Under the pieces are notes generated by a model. It made no database searches and was not told where the DNA came from. It saw only the letters and a list, made by a program, of their open reading frames with translations. The position numbers and the translations under genes were made by a program. 64,000 bases of DNA. Origin: Eledone cirrhosa. Lineage: Eukaryota. Shown here one piece after another: positions 44,402-58,570 of this stretch. Position 1 is the stretch's first letter, and the number at the start of each line of letters is the position of its first letter. The stretch lies in assembly GCA_964016885.1 (NCBI GenBank), contig OZ024741.1, forward strand, positions 344,038,001 to 344,102,000, given 5' to 3'.

Positions 44402-44977
44402 TCACCGCGCCTTCCTGCGTTTCACACATTTCATTTTGTAAGAAAATGATGATGGATTTTGAAACAGTGATATAATTTATGGAAAAAAAATTAAGGGATA
44501 ATGTTAAAAAAGTAGATTATTCTAGTGATGTTTTGCCATAGATAAAATGTCTAAATTAGCCAAATTTTACTATAAAAGAGAGGTGCTTTTTTTTGTTGAT
44601 GTAAGTTTAATTAATAGAAAAACCCCGTGATAATAGAGGTTCCAATACTCAAGTTATGGGCTTCAAAAAACTTTCACTAATTAACCCCCATTGGAGTACC
44701 TTAATATCATTGAAATTTGTTGAAAGTTTGTGAATAGGCATCATATCTTGTCGTTTACCTATGGTTAAATTTCATATAAATCGAAGGGAAAAGATTTTCA
44801 CCGGGGATTGTGCCCCCGGAGAACCCTTTGATTAAAATGAAATATACTTATCCAAGTACTCTGGGCAATGTAGTTTCAGAATATATATATGGTTATGGGG
44901 GTCTATCTCCAAAACCCTAGGAGGAGTTCGTGAACAAACAAACAAACAGACAGGGACTACAACTTTATATATATAGA
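44402..44977 (-). mobile_element. Non-autonomous Helitron-like element
   Basis: Minus-strand 5' end A|TCTATATATATAAAGTTGTAGTCCCTGTCTGTTTGTTTG is typical of Helitron left ends; the 3' hairpin and CTAG are degenerate. Confidence 0.6.
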
Positions 44978-45019
44978 TATAGATATATACATACATATAT
45001 ACATACATATATACATACA

Positions 45020-45051
<32 letters not shown>

Positions 45052-45450
45052 ATAGGCATATATATATATCCTTATTGTATAGCAATATAACTATTCAGGT
45101 ATATCATGTGAACTCACATCTTACAAGGACGGTACACAATTCGGTACTCTATTAGATAAAACGAACTTATGCGTACGTATATGTATATATACATATATGT
45201 AAACGTGTATGCATATATGTTTGGCTATGTGTTTCTATGTATGTATGTACGAATGTTGACATTTAATATGTATGGAAAAAATAATACATTTCGTATCAAC
45301 TTTTTTCTCACGTTTTCGAGCTGTCAAATATAAGAAAATGGAGAAGTTGTATAGTCTAAGCTTGATATGTAGCATGTCTAGATAACTTTTACAATACTTT
45401 TATAGAGTTGGAAATTTCTGCATCAATTTTCTCCTCACGCATTGGTACTG

Positions 45451-45529
<79 letters not shown>

Positions 45530-45696
45530 CGATACACACACACACACATATATATAAATATATATATCTTATATACACGCACAATATGTATATAATATAT
45601 ATATATATATGTCGTATGGTTTCTATGATGCATCCATGGGCGTTATGCCGGTTGAATACTCTATGCTCCTACGGAGCAGAGTATGATAAAGTGGAA

Positions 45697-45986
45697 AACG
45701 AAGAATCAGTGATGCATCGGAACTCAATTTATTATGCATTACAATTGTTCCTCCGGCTCGGGGTGCGATCTGTTTGTGGATCGAACCTGACTGCGGATCG
45801 TTCCTCAGATACGTTTAGTGATTTCGAAGCAAATTCTCTTTCTTCGAAATCACTAGACGTATCTGAGGAACTTGCGAATCCAGAGTCAGGTTCGATCCAC
45901 AAACAGATCGCACCCCGAGCTGTTCGCCGGAGAAACAATTGTAATAAATAATAAATTGAGTTCCGATGCATCACTGATTCTTCGTT
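45697..45986. repeat. Palindromic duplication (~135-bp arms), each arm with a hammerhead-like motif
   Basis: AACGAAGAATCAGTGATGCATCGG.. is mirrored. Plus arm: GUAU-CUGAGGA-(long insert)-GAAA-CAAUU-GUA-AUA (45859-45946). The minus arm has GGAA in place of GAAA. Confidence 0.88.
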
Positions 45987-46000
45987 GTATAGTTTATATA

Positions 46001-46044
<44 letters not shown>

Positions 46045-46691
46045 TTTAGGTTTGTTAGTTCACCACTGGATTGAACTGGTCACTCCGTATAGTCAACCCT
46101 GATGTAATATTAGGGAGAGCACTCAACGTAATGCAACTCTTCGTTTGTGTTGGTGGTGATGCGAGTACAGAGTCACTGCTTATTGACCGCCAAACAGTAC
46201 TCTTAAACTTGGGCTTAATCTTACTTTTTTTAATCTTAACTTTATATTCTACCCTGAAACTTTATTATGACTATCAATAACACATTTAACCTTTTCATAA
46301 ATGCTTCTTTCTGTAAATTCTGTAACTAAATCTCCCAATTTTAAACCTAAATCTTACTTTTCTAATCTTATCTTAAGTTATATCTTTTAATTCTAAACAT
46401 AAATTTTACATTTCTAATCTTTAATCGTAATTTCTGACTCTACATTAAAAATCTACTGTACAGTCGCCCACTGTATATATATTTTTAAATATATTTCTTA
46501 GTACTTCTGACTAACTTCTATGTAACCTGATCTCACCGCTAGCATCTGTCCATGACGCGGTGGTATTAGTAATATACACTATAAACTTACGGACCCTGAC
46601 CAGACCGACAAGACAAAACTAAGTAGATTCCCCACTTGAAGGCGGCCACCCGGACTAGCAACTGCTAATTTTTGGCCGCCTTCTTGTCCTG

Positions 46692-46920
<229 letters not shown>

Positions 46921-46969
46921 TTTTCTGCCGCTTGTATCTATTATATTCCTTTGTCGGATAAATTTCGGA

Positions 46970-47027
46970 ATACCTGATGATGTCACCGGAATCATACTGA
47001 ACCCGGTCATTGAAATGTTCATAGTAT
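46970..47027 (+). ncRNA. Type I hammerhead motif
   Basis: AUAC-CUGAUGA-UGUC-ACCGG(13-nt loop)CCGGU-CAUU-GAAA-UGUUC-AUA-GUAU. Confidence 0.65.
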
Positions 47028-47066
47028 AATAAACCTTTAAGGAATTACACCAATCCAGCCTCCTGT

Positions 47067-47110
<44 letters not shown>

Positions 47111-47129
47111 GGTGTTGGATGCTTAAAGC

Positions 47130-47350
47130 GTCCGTAAGCGGTAGGCCGTATGAGCACTCGATGCACCCATAGAGCAGAGTGTGATATCACAGAAAAAAGA
47201 GAATCAGTGTTGCGACTAAAGGAATGTATTGGACATATTACAATTGTTTCTCGGGCGACCAGATCGAGGCACGATCGATGTTGTGATCAAACCTGGCTCT
47301 GAAATCGCGCGGTCCTCGGATACGTCTGGATTCTACGAAGCAGCAGATTT
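47130..47350 (-). repeat. Diverged homolog of the 45610-45830 hammerhead-like repeat
   Basis: Shares GAGCAGAGT.TGATA..AGAATCAGTG and TTACAATTGTTTCTC..TCCTCGGATACGT; the core is CCGAGGA. Confidence 0.7.
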
Positions 47351-47363
47351 TCCTATATATATG

Positions 47364-47453
<90 letters not shown>

Positions 47454-47476
47454 ATATATATATATATATACAATAT

Positions 47477-47523
<47 letters not shown>

Positions 47524-47527
<4 letters not shown>

Positions 47528-50400
47528 TCAACATTAACATCATCGTTTTTACGTCCACTTTTCCATGCTTGTATGGGTTGGACGAGTCCTTCTCAGCACG
47601 GCCTCTTTCAACACATCGCGATCCCCTTTGTCATCGCCTCTGTGAGTCTCAGTGATTGAATGTCAGCTCTTCCCAGATCTGTCTTGGTGTACCTCTACCA
47701 TCTCTTCCTTCCACTGGCATTTCCTGGTACTTGTCCACCCAACAATCATTGTCCATGCGCATCACATGTCCAAACCAATACAGTCTTCTCTCTTGCGCAC
47801 TACCTCGGATTCCTCTTAAACTCAGCCTCTTCTTCAACTCGTCCAAGCCCTATCTCTCTCTCACACTTACATTGCACATCTAACGGAGCATCGTCGCTTT
47901 ATTTCTCTCCAATCTAGGCACGTCCTCTGCAGTCATAACCTATCTTTCACTACAATGCAGCATCGGAATTCGCACACAGGCGTCGTACAGTTTTTGTACG
48001 TAAGGAGAAATATTTTGTGCTCAACAGCGGTAGTACCTCTCTGAACTTTTTCTCTCCTGTCCTTATTCTAGCTATTTCGTTGCCTAGAGAACAGAACCTA
48101 TCAACTACGTCTATGGGTCCTACCTGTAATTGGAATCACTAGTTATCCTCCTCTCGGTTACCTCTGTGCACCTTCTACAAATATTGTCTTCCTTTCCTGT
48201 TTAGCCTACTCGTTATTCCACTACATCTCTCGTGTACCCAAAATTTACATTGTGTACAACGTATGGTGTTTATGCCTACTTCCTTTCTTCATGATAGTAT
48301 CAGGGTCCTATCTTCTCTCCTACTCACTAACACTTTAGTTTTGGCTAAGTTTACTCTCAGCCATTTTCTAAATTCGGTTTCCATAGTCGAAATTTATTTA
48401 GTAGGCCTTTCATAGATTCCGCTATAAGGACCACATCGTCTGCATAGAGAATTTCCCATGGACAGCCAGTCTTAAACTCCTCTGCTATAGCCTGGAGGAC
48501 TATAATGAATAGTAGAGGGATCAGAACCGAACCTTGATGATCTCCTTCTTGTACCTTGAATTCCTCATTAAACTCATTTCCTACTCTCCTTTTGCTGACA
48601 TTGTACACGACTTGCACTGTCCCCACCAACCATTTTTCTACTCCAAATTTTCTTAAAGACCACCAAATAAAATATCGGGATACTCTGTCAAGCGCTTTTT
48701 ATAAGTCGATGAAATCTAGGTATAGTGGCTTATTTATTTTATTGTTTTTTTTATGTTGTCTCACTAGAAGGAGGGCGACTGTAGTTCTTTTCCCAGGTTT
48801 GAAACCAAACTACATCTCGTCTAATTTGACTCTTTCTGTAATTAGCTGTGCTATAACTCTTTCCATCACTTTCATAACTTGGTCCATTAGCTCTTTAATC
48901 CTCTATAGCTGCTCCTCTCAAGGGCATCTCCTTTGCTGTTGTAGCAATTTACAATTGTACTGCTGTACCAGTCATTGAGTGTGACACCATCTTGTATGAC
49001 CAGATTGACTATGTGGGTTATTAGCTTGAATCCTGTTTCTCCCAATGCTTTTAGCATTTCAGCAACTATCTCTAGTGATTTTGCTGCTTTACCATTTTTC
49101 TGTCATTAACCATATAACTATCAACTTCAATGGCTGGCCCTTCTATTGGATGGGTTGGGGGTAGTTTCACTTTCTCTCTTTCATTCTCTACATTCGTCAA
49201 TCTCTCATAGTAGGATTTCCAGGCCTGTCTTTTGAGCATTAGGGGTGTTAAATGCACTGGTGTCATTTCTAACACACTTTTCCCCAACATTCATGATTAA
49301 CACTGACACACTGCCTTGCAATGCAGAACACTTCGCGTCATTGACCCTCACGTCTCAGGACGTTGGCAGACTTTTTTTCTTCAGCCTCTCTCCTAGCTGT
49401 GTATACTTGTCGCCTAGCTTCTGTCTTAGCCACCTGGTACCGCTCTCTACTGCCCCCATCTTTCCAGTCTTAGCAAGCCTGTGTCTTGGCTTTGATGACT
49501 CTATCCACTGAGCTGTTCCGCTACCAGGTCACCCTCTGACTAGCTGGTGCTCTACTCCAGTCACAAGTCTCGTCAGTAGTTTGCAAAAGATTGTCGCATA
49601 AGAATTTCCAGTTGTGCTCTACGTCATAGCTCGTCACTTCTCTCATCAAATTCATCCCGTAGGGTCGTTCTGAACTTATATTTGAGCGAGAGGCCCTTTT
49701 ACTTGCTTATTTTTATGTGCTTATTTTTATGTGCTTATTTTTATGTCACTAATAACTACCTTATGCTGAGTGGCGCATTCCTCTCGAGAGAATGCATTAG
49801 TATTTATTACAGTCCGTTTGTCTGGTTGTCTAACAAGTAAATAGTCAATATGGCTTTTGTGTTCATTTGATCGATATGAGATTAGGTGGCTGGCTGATTG
49901 GCTGGCTGGTTGCCTGAAACTTGTGTTGCAAATGGTTAGTTCATTTGCGTCACAGAATTCCAGGACTCTGAAACCCTCTTCGTTCCTTGAGCCAAAGCCA
50001 TAGCCGCCGTGAAATTCACTGAATCCGTCCTGGTACTTGCCCACATATCCATTGAAGTCTCCTGCCAGGATGATGATGTCACATTTATCGGTACCTGAAG
50101 TCGTCTGTAAAAGTTCTTCATAGAACCCTTCATTTTGTTCTTTACTCGGTCCTGTCTGTAGAGCATAGATAAATGTAATTGTCACCATTCTATTTCATGC
50201 AGTTATTTTAAGCTTGATAATTATGTCGCTTAATCTAACTACTTCTATCACTTTATCTATCCATTTCACAGCCAGTAGTAAACCTATACACCACTTAGCT
50301 CATCATACCTATGCTGTTTGCCTGTCAGTAGGCACTCCTCCATTTCAACTCTTGTACACGGCAAATGCCCACTTCTCTCCTCTCCCTTCAGGGTGCTAAC
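47524..50400 (-). mobile_element. Decayed RTE-clade LINE (APE endonuclease plus RT)
   Basis: APE motifs IILAGDFNGYVG, SHIDYLLVR and QHKVVISD (49727-50188); RT motifs HQGSVLIPLLF and ILYADDVVL (48357-48629); C-terminal RRLYWFGHVMRM..GRGTPRQIW (47649-47846); short (GAT)-type tail. Confidence 0.9.
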
Positions 50401-51179
50401 AACGAGGGTGGCAATCCTGAGTTTTGTACCTTGCCAGTTGCTATTTTATGTATCTGAAAGGAAAAGGGGTTGTGTAATTGCTTGATGACGGTCAAGTGGT
50501 TCTCGTACATGACTACTCTAGCCATCCCACTACCGTGCACAGTACTAACATGACTAATCTTAGCCCTGTATACGCAATTTGTGGGAGTTATATTTGTAGT
50601 ACTGTTCATATTTTGGCAGGGCTTTTCTAGCTGGATGCTCTTTCTATCACCGACCACCTTACAGTATAGACTGGATGCATTATTCGTGCCACTAGCACTA
50701 GAGTGGTTGTCGTACTGGACTCAATATACCTCTCCAACCTGTTTTAGTTTTTATTTGGAGTGTCGACTCTCATGGACGATTTGCCGGCACTACGGCAATA
50801 GTCTTTAGTTGGAGTTACTGCCCTCATAAACGGGTTGCCTTTACTATCGCTTACGGAGCTCTACCCATGCAGTCGTTTCTAATCGGAGTCATTGCTCTCC
50901 TAGGCACGCTACTTTCCTTTCAGATACGGGGTAACGTCTGCTCCGGAAAATCATTTGTAGTTTATATATATATATAATTAGGAGACAAGTCTAGTCGAAT
51001 AGCTTCGGGGACACACAAACACACATGTATATATATATCCCTGGTTCACTACATAGTACACAACAAAAAAACCTATATCTGTAGGAAGAAAATGCGGTAC
51101 AGGTTAACCGGTTCATCTTTGTTATTTGTTGTGGGTTTGTTTATATATATTTACTTTATATATATATATATATATAAAG

Positions 51180-51362
51180 ACATTTTTTCCAACTACAACC
51201 CACCCGTCCCCTCAATCTATCTTATTTCTCATTCTTTTTTCTGATGAAGGACTAGCGTCCGAGAGGTTAAGACCCTCTTCCTGCTATATCAAGCGTTAAC
51301 CTAATATATCGTTTCCATAAACCGTACCAATTGTGTTGTGTCTGTTTACCTTTTACATACAT
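51180..51362 (+). repeat. Hammerhead-bearing short repeat, family A (GAAA changed to GAGA)
   Basis: CTGATGAAGGACTAGCGTCCGAGAGGTTAAGA at 51241, with shared downstream sequence. Confidence 0.75.
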
Positions 51363-51375
51363 ACATATATATATA

Positions 51376-51425
<50 letters not shown>

Positions 51426-51427
<2 letters not shown>

Positions 51428-51641
51428 GTATGTATAGTGTTTTTGGCAATATACCGTATGTTTTATTAAAAACATTTTGAAGACCTTGCGCTATTGTTTT
51501 AAAGTAGTGACTATGTCACTTACTTCTTTTTTCAGCAAAGTAAGTGACATAGTCACTACTTTAAAATGATAGCGCAAGGTCTTCAAAATGTTTTTTTAAT
51601 TAAAAGCATACGGTATATTGCCAAATATACTATACATACAT
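51426..51641. repeat. Palindrome with ~100-bp arms; a third diverged arm copy lies at 51736-51850
   Basis: ATGTATGTATAGT..GTCACTTACTT mirrors AAGTAAGTGAC..ACTATACATACAT. Confidence 0.9.
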
Positions 51642-51680
51642 TCATGTATACATCGCTATTTCAGAGCATCAATCCTAATT

Positions 51681-51735
<55 letters not shown>

Positions 51736-52233
51736 TGTATGTATAGTATATTTGATAATATACTGTATGTTTAATAAAAACAACATTTTGAAGACCATCT
51801 GCTATGAATTTTAATGTAGTGACTACATCACTTACTTATTCTCGGCAAACTATATATATGAACGCACATACATGAAGACTTTGAACAGTCTTGACTGTTA
51901 TAGTGTAAAGCAAGTCTAGCTACATTTCACCTTTTATAACGTTGATTTATATATAATTTATATAGGAATTTTGATGTCATAAAAGAAATACGACTTACTA
52001 GAGAAGAATTAGGGATGTTCTATTTTGATCTGAAATAGAAAATAAGATGAATATAAGTGAAATTACTGTAATAATGCATCTCGTTGATCCCTGGTTCACT
52101 ACATAGTACACAACAAAAAAACCTATATCTGTAGGAAGAAAATGCGGTACAGGTTAACCGGTTCATCTTTGTTATTTGTTGTGGGTTTGTTTATATATAT
52201 TTACTTTTTAACCTTTATATGTATTTATATATA

Positions 52234-52419
52234 GGCGGCAATTGGCAGAGTCGTTAGAACGTCGGATAGAATGCTTTATAATATTCTCTCCGGCTCTCTG
52301 CTCTCTGAGTTCAAATCCTGTCGAGGTCAACTTTGCCTCTCATCCTTTCGAGGTCGATGAAAAAAAAGTACCAGTCTAGTAATGGGATGGATTCTTCCTC
52401 TGCATCTCTTTCTCATTTC

Positions 52420-52455
<36 letters not shown>

Positions 52456-52583
52456 AAGAAATCTGCTGTACTGAGGCCTGGAGAGGGATGGGCTCTGCCA
52501 GGTTTAACATGCCTAATAAATGCTGTATATCAATACGGTGCCCCTACGACTCTATCAGAAGTTACGGGGCCATACATACATAC
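52234..52583 (+). mobile_element. Composite SINE: family 1-like head and core, distinct 3' tail ending in (CATA)n
   Basis: Same organisation as 59382-59721. Confidence 0.8.
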
Positions 52584-53064
52584 ATGGTGGCTGCAAACTC
52601 TGCTAAGAATATTGCAATCGCTTGTCAGCCACACGAACCTGTAACATATCCTGAACAAGCAATGTCTGTGCTTTGAAGGTTTTTTATAAGTGGGGAAGGG
52701 CCTTGCACTGGCTAATCCCACTCTCTGAGCATCGAAAACACTACCCGAAAAGGAGAACTAGTCAACATCATCGCATGCTTCCGAAGCCGCATGTTTTTTT
52801 TTCAGTGTCTCCCTCTCCTAGAAAGGTGTTGTGACAATAACTGAGGGCCTTTCATTCCAAGCTCAAAAAGAAAAAGAAAAATTTGGAAGGCCGTTGATTC
52901 TGCTGGCTTCCTCCACCCTTTGCCGGGTCCTGTATTTCATCCCGCAGGGTGTCCAAATATCACCCTCCTCACCAAGCTACCTTGGTGGTTTAGTCGTCGA
53001 CGACCCTACCATAAGACAGGTTGTGTTGGATTACGCGTTACTAATAGCACTCGAGAGCGACCTG

Positions 53065-53066
<2 letters not shown>
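52584..53066 (-). mobile_element. Diverged ~480-bp relative of the 608-bp (TATG)n-associated element
   Basis: Shares both termini (GTCAGGTC.. and ..GCAGCCACCAT) and the first ~130 bp; flanked by (CATA)n. Confidence 0.75.
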
Positions 53067-53151
<85 letters not shown>

Positions 53152-53260
53152 TACATACATTCATACATACATACATACACAGACACATACATACATACAT
53201 ACACACACATACATACATACACCCATACACACACACATACATACATACATACATACATAC

Positions 53261-53870
53261 ATGGTGGCTGCCAACTCGTTTTCGAGTACGGCCACTACTT
53301 TATATCCATGTAGGAGAACCCCTACCGATGGGCTGAACAAGTGTGACTTTTTAGTCCAGCCAGCGACTTGAAAACTCTGGTACAAACACTACACTTGTGA
53401 CAATTATTGACACATAGTGCTGGGCCCATGGTACCATGTGACGACAAGTGCAGAGAGATCTCCAGATATAAAGCAATGCCTGTGCCGTGAAGCTTTTATA
53501 GTGAGCAAAGGCATTGCACAAAGCCAGTCCCACTCTCTTAACCAAGATGATATTTACCAAAAAGAAGAACAAGTCAACATCATTGGATACCATCAGGGTT
53601 GCAGGCGTTACATCAGAGTTTTCCTTCTCCTAGAATTCTGCCTTGACAAAGGCTAAGGGGTCATCTTTCCCGGTGATTTTGGATGGCCATTGACTCTTAA
53701 GAGCTCCTTTGCCCTTTGAGAGGTTTTGTTTTTAGTCCTGTAGGATGTCCAAAGTCACCCTCCTCACCAAAAACCCTTGGTGGGGTTGCCAGTTTAGTCG
53801 CCAACGACCCGACCATGAGACATGTTGTACTGGGATACATGTTACCAGTAGCACCAACTGGTGAACTGAC
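53261..53870 (-). mobile_element. Second copy of the ~610-bp element
   Basis: Reverse complement of 16321-16928; (CATA)n on both sides. Confidence 0.88.
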
Positions 53871-54135
53871 ATACATAGATACATACATACATACATACAT
53901 ACATACATACATACATACATACATACATACATACATACATACATACATACATACATACATACATACATACATGTACTTATGCAATTGTATTTTTTCATTC
54001 CTACATGTGCTGCAGTTCTATTGAGAATGATTTGTCTCCAGTGGGCTGCCTACATGAAAATATGGTATAAAGATTTAATTATGTAGTTAGCTAAACAGAG
54101 AGAAAGAGTGATAGTGAAAATGCGAGAATAACGAG

Positions 54136-54207
<72 letters not shown>

Positions 54208-54218
54208 ACATGCATACA

Positions 54219-54259
<41 letters not shown>

Positions 54260-54648
54260 TGTTATTATTATCATTATTATTATATACATAGTTATGTTAA
54301 GTCTCTGTATAATAAATGGGCTATATATGCCGGAATGCATATATAAATACATTCACATATGCAGGCACACACGTACATACACACACAAATATACACATAT
54401 ACATATATATATGTGTCAGTGGTGGGGCGTATATATGTGTGTGCGTGTATATATAAGTAAATAATATATGCCCATGTACATATATTTACATATAACCATA
54501 TTTATATCTATTACATGTATATATTATATATATATATATTATATTAATATATTATATTATATCATATTATAGTATATATATATATAATATATTAATATAA
54601 TATTATATATTAATATAATATAATATATATATATATAATATATACATG

Positions 54649-54699
<51 letters not shown>

Positions 54700-54906
54700 T
54701 TGAAAATATGTAATAATATGTACGTATATATGTGTATAGATATGTGTGTATACGTGTGTATGTGTATGTGCCTAGCTATTTATATATATGCGTGTGTGTG
54801 TTTTGTGTAAGTTTTTGTACGTGTTCATGTGTTCGTGTTTGTTACTGAGTTCTTATTTACGCATTCATGCTTAGAAAGAGGGTTTTAGGTATATATATAT
54901 GTATAC

Positions 54907-54961
<55 letters not shown>

Positions 54962-55144
54962 CATATATAAACACATCTATCTGTACATGAATGTGTATGT
55001 GTGTGTACATGTATGAGTGTGCGGGTGTTTGAGAGTATGTATGACAGTATGTGTGATTGTGTGTATAGTTATGTGTGAGTATGTATGTCTGTGTGTGTGT
55101 GTGTGCAAGCCTGTGTGTACTATTAGAGATAAAACTCGTAGATA

Positions 55145-55330
55145 TAATTGTTTCTACTTTAGGCACAAGGCCAGCAATTAACCAGTGCATTACTGGTACC
55201 TTATTTTATCGACCCCGTAAGGATGAAAGGCAAAGTCAACCTCGGCGGGATTTGAACTCAGACTGTAAAGGGACGTAACTATGGTGGAAAGCATGGCGTC
55301 CGACCCTCTACCGATACTGCCAATCCACCA
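55145..55330 (-). mobile_element. Full-length SINE family 1 copy
   Basis: Complete reverse-complement match to the family; GATATAAT repeated at both flanks. Confidence 0.88.
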
Positions 55331-55603
55331 ATTGGATATAATGGCAAGTATTTCTTTGTGGAAAGATTATTAGGAAAGAACTCAATGATTATGAAAAATA
55401 TCGATATTCAGAGTATTATATATAATTTAATATAATATATAAATTAACCACACAAACATTATATATGTGGGTATATTTATATATATATATGTATATTTAT
55501 ATGTATATATATATATATAATGTATATATGTATAATTTATATCTAAATATTATTTGTATATAATAAAATTTATATAATATATTATATATATATATATATA
55601 TAT

Positions 55604-55677
<74 letters not shown>

Positions 55678-55930
55678 AGAGAGAGAGAGAGAGGGAGAGA
55701 AAGAGAGAGAGTGTGAGAGAGAGAGGGAGAGAGAGAGATAGAGAGAGAGATAGATAGATAGATAGATAGATAGATAAAACGTATATAATATATATATTAT
55801 ATATAGATAATTTATATATATAAAATGTATATAATATATATAAATATATTTATATATATGAGAGGTGGGTGAGACAGACAGAGAGACGGAGGTATGAATA
55901 GATAGATATAGATATATATATTTATATATA

Positions 55931-56014
<84 letters not shown>

Positions 56015-56360
56015 CGTATATCTGTATAGATTTGTTTTCATTCAGTTATACGTTTATTGTCCGCGACACACCAAAAAGGAAAAAAATTCTAAAACTAAAG
56101 AATAGAAAACTAAAAGCAATGAATAAGAACACAAGAAAACACCGAAAGAACATAAAATGAGTGTTGTAAACCATTCCTTTGAATGTGAAAAGCTGATAAT
56201 AATATGGTGCCAGTCACAGATCTTTTATTTTCTACAAAGTATGCTTTAGTATCGATGGTAACGTCAAATGCATTATAACCACATATATATGTATGTTTAC
56301 ATACGCGTACGGGCTTATATATATATATATATATATATAGATATAAATAAATATATATAA

Positions 56361-56391
<31 letters not shown>

Positions 56392-56511
56392 CGTGTGTGC
56401 GTGTGTGCGTGTGCGTGTGTATAGACACATTTATCTATATGTATAGAGAAAGAGTGGGGTTGAGAAAGAGGTGCACTTATGTATACATATATATATATAT
56501 GTATATATATA

Positions 56512-56586
<75 letters not shown>

Positions 56587-56692
56587 TTATATATATATAT
56601 ATATATATGGGGTGTGAGTGTTTGTATATATATATATATATATATATAAGTATATCCATCTCTATCTCTCGCCCTGTATATGGATGTATATA

Positions 56693-56731
<39 letters not shown>

Positions 56732-57259
56732 GTTTGCGAGATTTTTTATATGAAATCGTGTGTCGAAACAAATATTGTTATACTTTGGGAGGGTCATATT
56801 GTTGTAATAATATTGCCATGAATAATAACAGAACACACTCACTGTTTGGTTGGTTTTCGCTTCTGTATCTTTTATATCAGTTAATTTATTCGGTCCTCAA
56901 TGTTTACCATTGACTGACCAACGGTCAAAAATACAGATATAATATAGATATATACACATATATATAGTCTAACAAAGTTCTTTCGTTGCACATCTGCAAC
57001 ATTGTCAGTGGTGCTATTATGTTCCTCCTGTTGTATTGTATATCTACGCCATCTTTATTTAATCTGTTTATTTATTTATTTATTTTTGTCTTCTTCTCTG
57101 CGCATGCGTTTGCGTGTGTGTATAGTGTTTGATGTGTGTTCGTGTTTGGGTGACAGTGTTTTTGTTATTGTATTCTATCTTAGTTTACTAGTGTGTGCTT
57201 ATATGTGTTTGTTGTTATTGTTCTCGTGTGTATATTTATTTATTTATTTATATTTCCCT

Positions 57260-58250
57260 TAAGTCAGTATTGTTTGTTTGGGTGTTGTTGTTATTCCATT
57301 CATTTTTTCTGTTTAGCTTTGGCCTTCTAAGTTCTATTTCACTGGCCTCTCTGATTTGCCTATCTGCTAGGTCATTTCTATGTTTAGATATTATTTTAAT
57401 TTCTATGTTGTCTATCTTACCGTCGTGTTGTTGTCTGGCATGTTCGTATAGTACTGAACCGTTGTTTCATCCTTTTACTTCCCCCCAGTGTTGGTCTATC
57501 CTTTCACCTATGCTACGAGCTGTCTCGCCTATGTACGTTGTTGTCATGTTTCTGCAACTACCCTCTGTATATCTTATGCTATAGACTACGTTTCTAGTTT
57601 TACAGTTTATCCGGGGTTTACTTTACATATAATACATTTCCTATTAGTATAGTGGGTTTTCTTAAAAGGGTATGTTTTGCTGATCAGGGATTTTATGTAG
57701 TTCCTGGCTTTTCTACCACTTTAATCTTTAAGTGGGTCTTTCTCAGGGCCTTTCTACACTGGTTAGCTAATATCCCTCCAGGGGTAGCGTACACAAACAT
57801 GACACTCTGGTATCTCTGGTTGTCGTACCATGAGGTGGCTTTCCCTATCTCATGTCTTGTCCTATCTAAGCTATTCCATGATTAAAATACAATAGTAAAT
57901 ATAGTGTAATGTAAATGTTAAACAGTTAATCCCTTGTTTTCCCTATGCCCACTGTTTTTATGTATGTCAATGGTTTCCATGTTTTACTCTGCTTATAGTG
58001 TTATTATGTTTTTGTTTTCTATTTCTTTCTGATACATTGGATACTTTACTTTGTTCGTCACTGTTCCATATTTTCTCCTCCTATATCGGCTGTTTCATTG
58101 GTGTTTCTGTATCTTCGAGTGCTCTGGTGATGTTCCTGTAAAATATTTATGTTATTTGATTTGAATACTTTTCGTTTCTGGAGAAAATGTTTGCACTTTT
58201 TAAAGCTTCGTATTAGGCAGATCTCTTCTATGCTTTTTATAATATTTTGT
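57260..58250 (-). mobile_element. Penelope-like element remnant with GIY-YIG endonuclease
   Basis: Minus frame 57610 to 57482 reads INCKTRNVVYSIRYTEGSCRNMTTTYIGETARSIGERIDQHWG, followed by SVLYEHARQQHDG..DRQIREASEI. The upstream boundary is uncertain. Confidence 0.8.
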
Positions 58251-58379
58251 TTTACTTCATAAGTGTCCTCGCTTTATTGTCCCTGTCGTTTATTTATTTA
58301 TTTATTTATTTAGTATTCTTTCCCTGCCTCCAAATTGCTGGCCTTGTGCCGAAATTAGAGACCATTTTTTTATTTTAGA

Positions 58380-58570
58380 GCGGTGGATTGGTAGTATCGG
58401 TAGACGGTCTGACGCCATGCTTTGCAGCAAAGAGTTACGGCCCTTTATGGTCTGAGTTCAAATCCCGCCGAGGTTAACTTTGCCTTTTATCCTTACGGGG
58501 TCGATAAAATAAAGTATCAGTAATACACTGATTAATTGCTGGCCTTGTGCCAAAAGTAGAAACAATTATT
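58380..58570 (+). mobile_element. Full-length SINE family 1 copy
   Basis: Complete match; TTTTTATTTTAG repeated at the flanks. Confidence 0.88.

Larger units (their letters stand above)
51037..52207. repeat. 121-bp direct repeats (51037-51157 and 52087-52207) bracketing ~930 bp
   Basis: ATCCCTGGTTCACTACATAG..TATATTTACTTT appears twice with no difference seen. Confidence 0.92.

Noticed and set aside
45442-45974. Mirror-image ORFs on both strands
   Set aside because: A consequence of the palindrome plus microsatellite; no protein signal.
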